From Octopus sinensis (Eukaryota): DNA of 64,000 nucleotides. Below, in pieces: positions 63,894 to 64,000 of this stretch. The position numbers and the translations under genes were made by a program. Where the stretch lies: assembly GCF_006345805.1 (NCBI RefSeq), contig NC_043005.1, positions 45,012,001 through 45,076,000 of the forward strand, in the 5' to 3' direction. The stretch's first letter is position 1, and every line of letters begins with the position of its first letter. Below the pieces are notes generated by a model that had not been told where the DNA came from, made no database searches, and was given only the letters and a program-made list of their open reading frames with translations.

Positions 63894-64000
63894 ATGGAAT
63901 AGCAACAGAAAAAGTATGATATAAGCACATGCCAGGAAAGGTCATAGAAAATGGGAAAGCAACCATACTATGGGATATGCCAATACACACATGTAGAGAA
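63894..64000 (+). mobile_element. R4/Dong-like non-LTR retrotransposon fragment (runs off the window)
   Basis: GIATEKV*YKHMPGKVIENGKATILWDMPIHTCRE, the ILWD region just upstream of the RPD restriction-like endonuclease motif; begins right after (AAT)n. Confidence 0.7.

Overview
AT-rich, microsatellite-dense eukaryotic DNA, most likely octopus (coleoid cephalopod); this is inferred from the recurrent tRNA-derived SINE families, not from a marker gene. I could not identify a host gene. Most ORFs in the track are translations of simple repeats or pieces of transposons. The window is a layered transposon graveyard: three mariner elements with TIRs, a DD37D-like Tc1/mariner remnant, hAT- and piggyBac-type MITEs, Helitron-type elements, RTE LINE fragments, a Tx1/L1-clade LINE whose gag-like ORF1 is split by a solo LTR, an R4/Dong-like fragment and dozens of SINE copies. 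The strongest signal invisible in the ORF track is a set of hammerhead ribozyme (HHR) motifs in inverted-repeat, Penelope-like contexts. One is a complete minimal type I HHR with a palindromic stem III (29688-29772). Another lies in a TSD-flanked element with a tRNA-derived Pol III head (20373-20853). A third is decayed (21826-21874). A decayed GIY-YIG remnant lies nearby (38692-38913). PLE-associated HHRs are a known class; the tRNA-head plus HHR composite is the best candidate for something little described. All translations and base-pairings were done by hand with no searches; SINE boundaries are approximate (about 20 bp).
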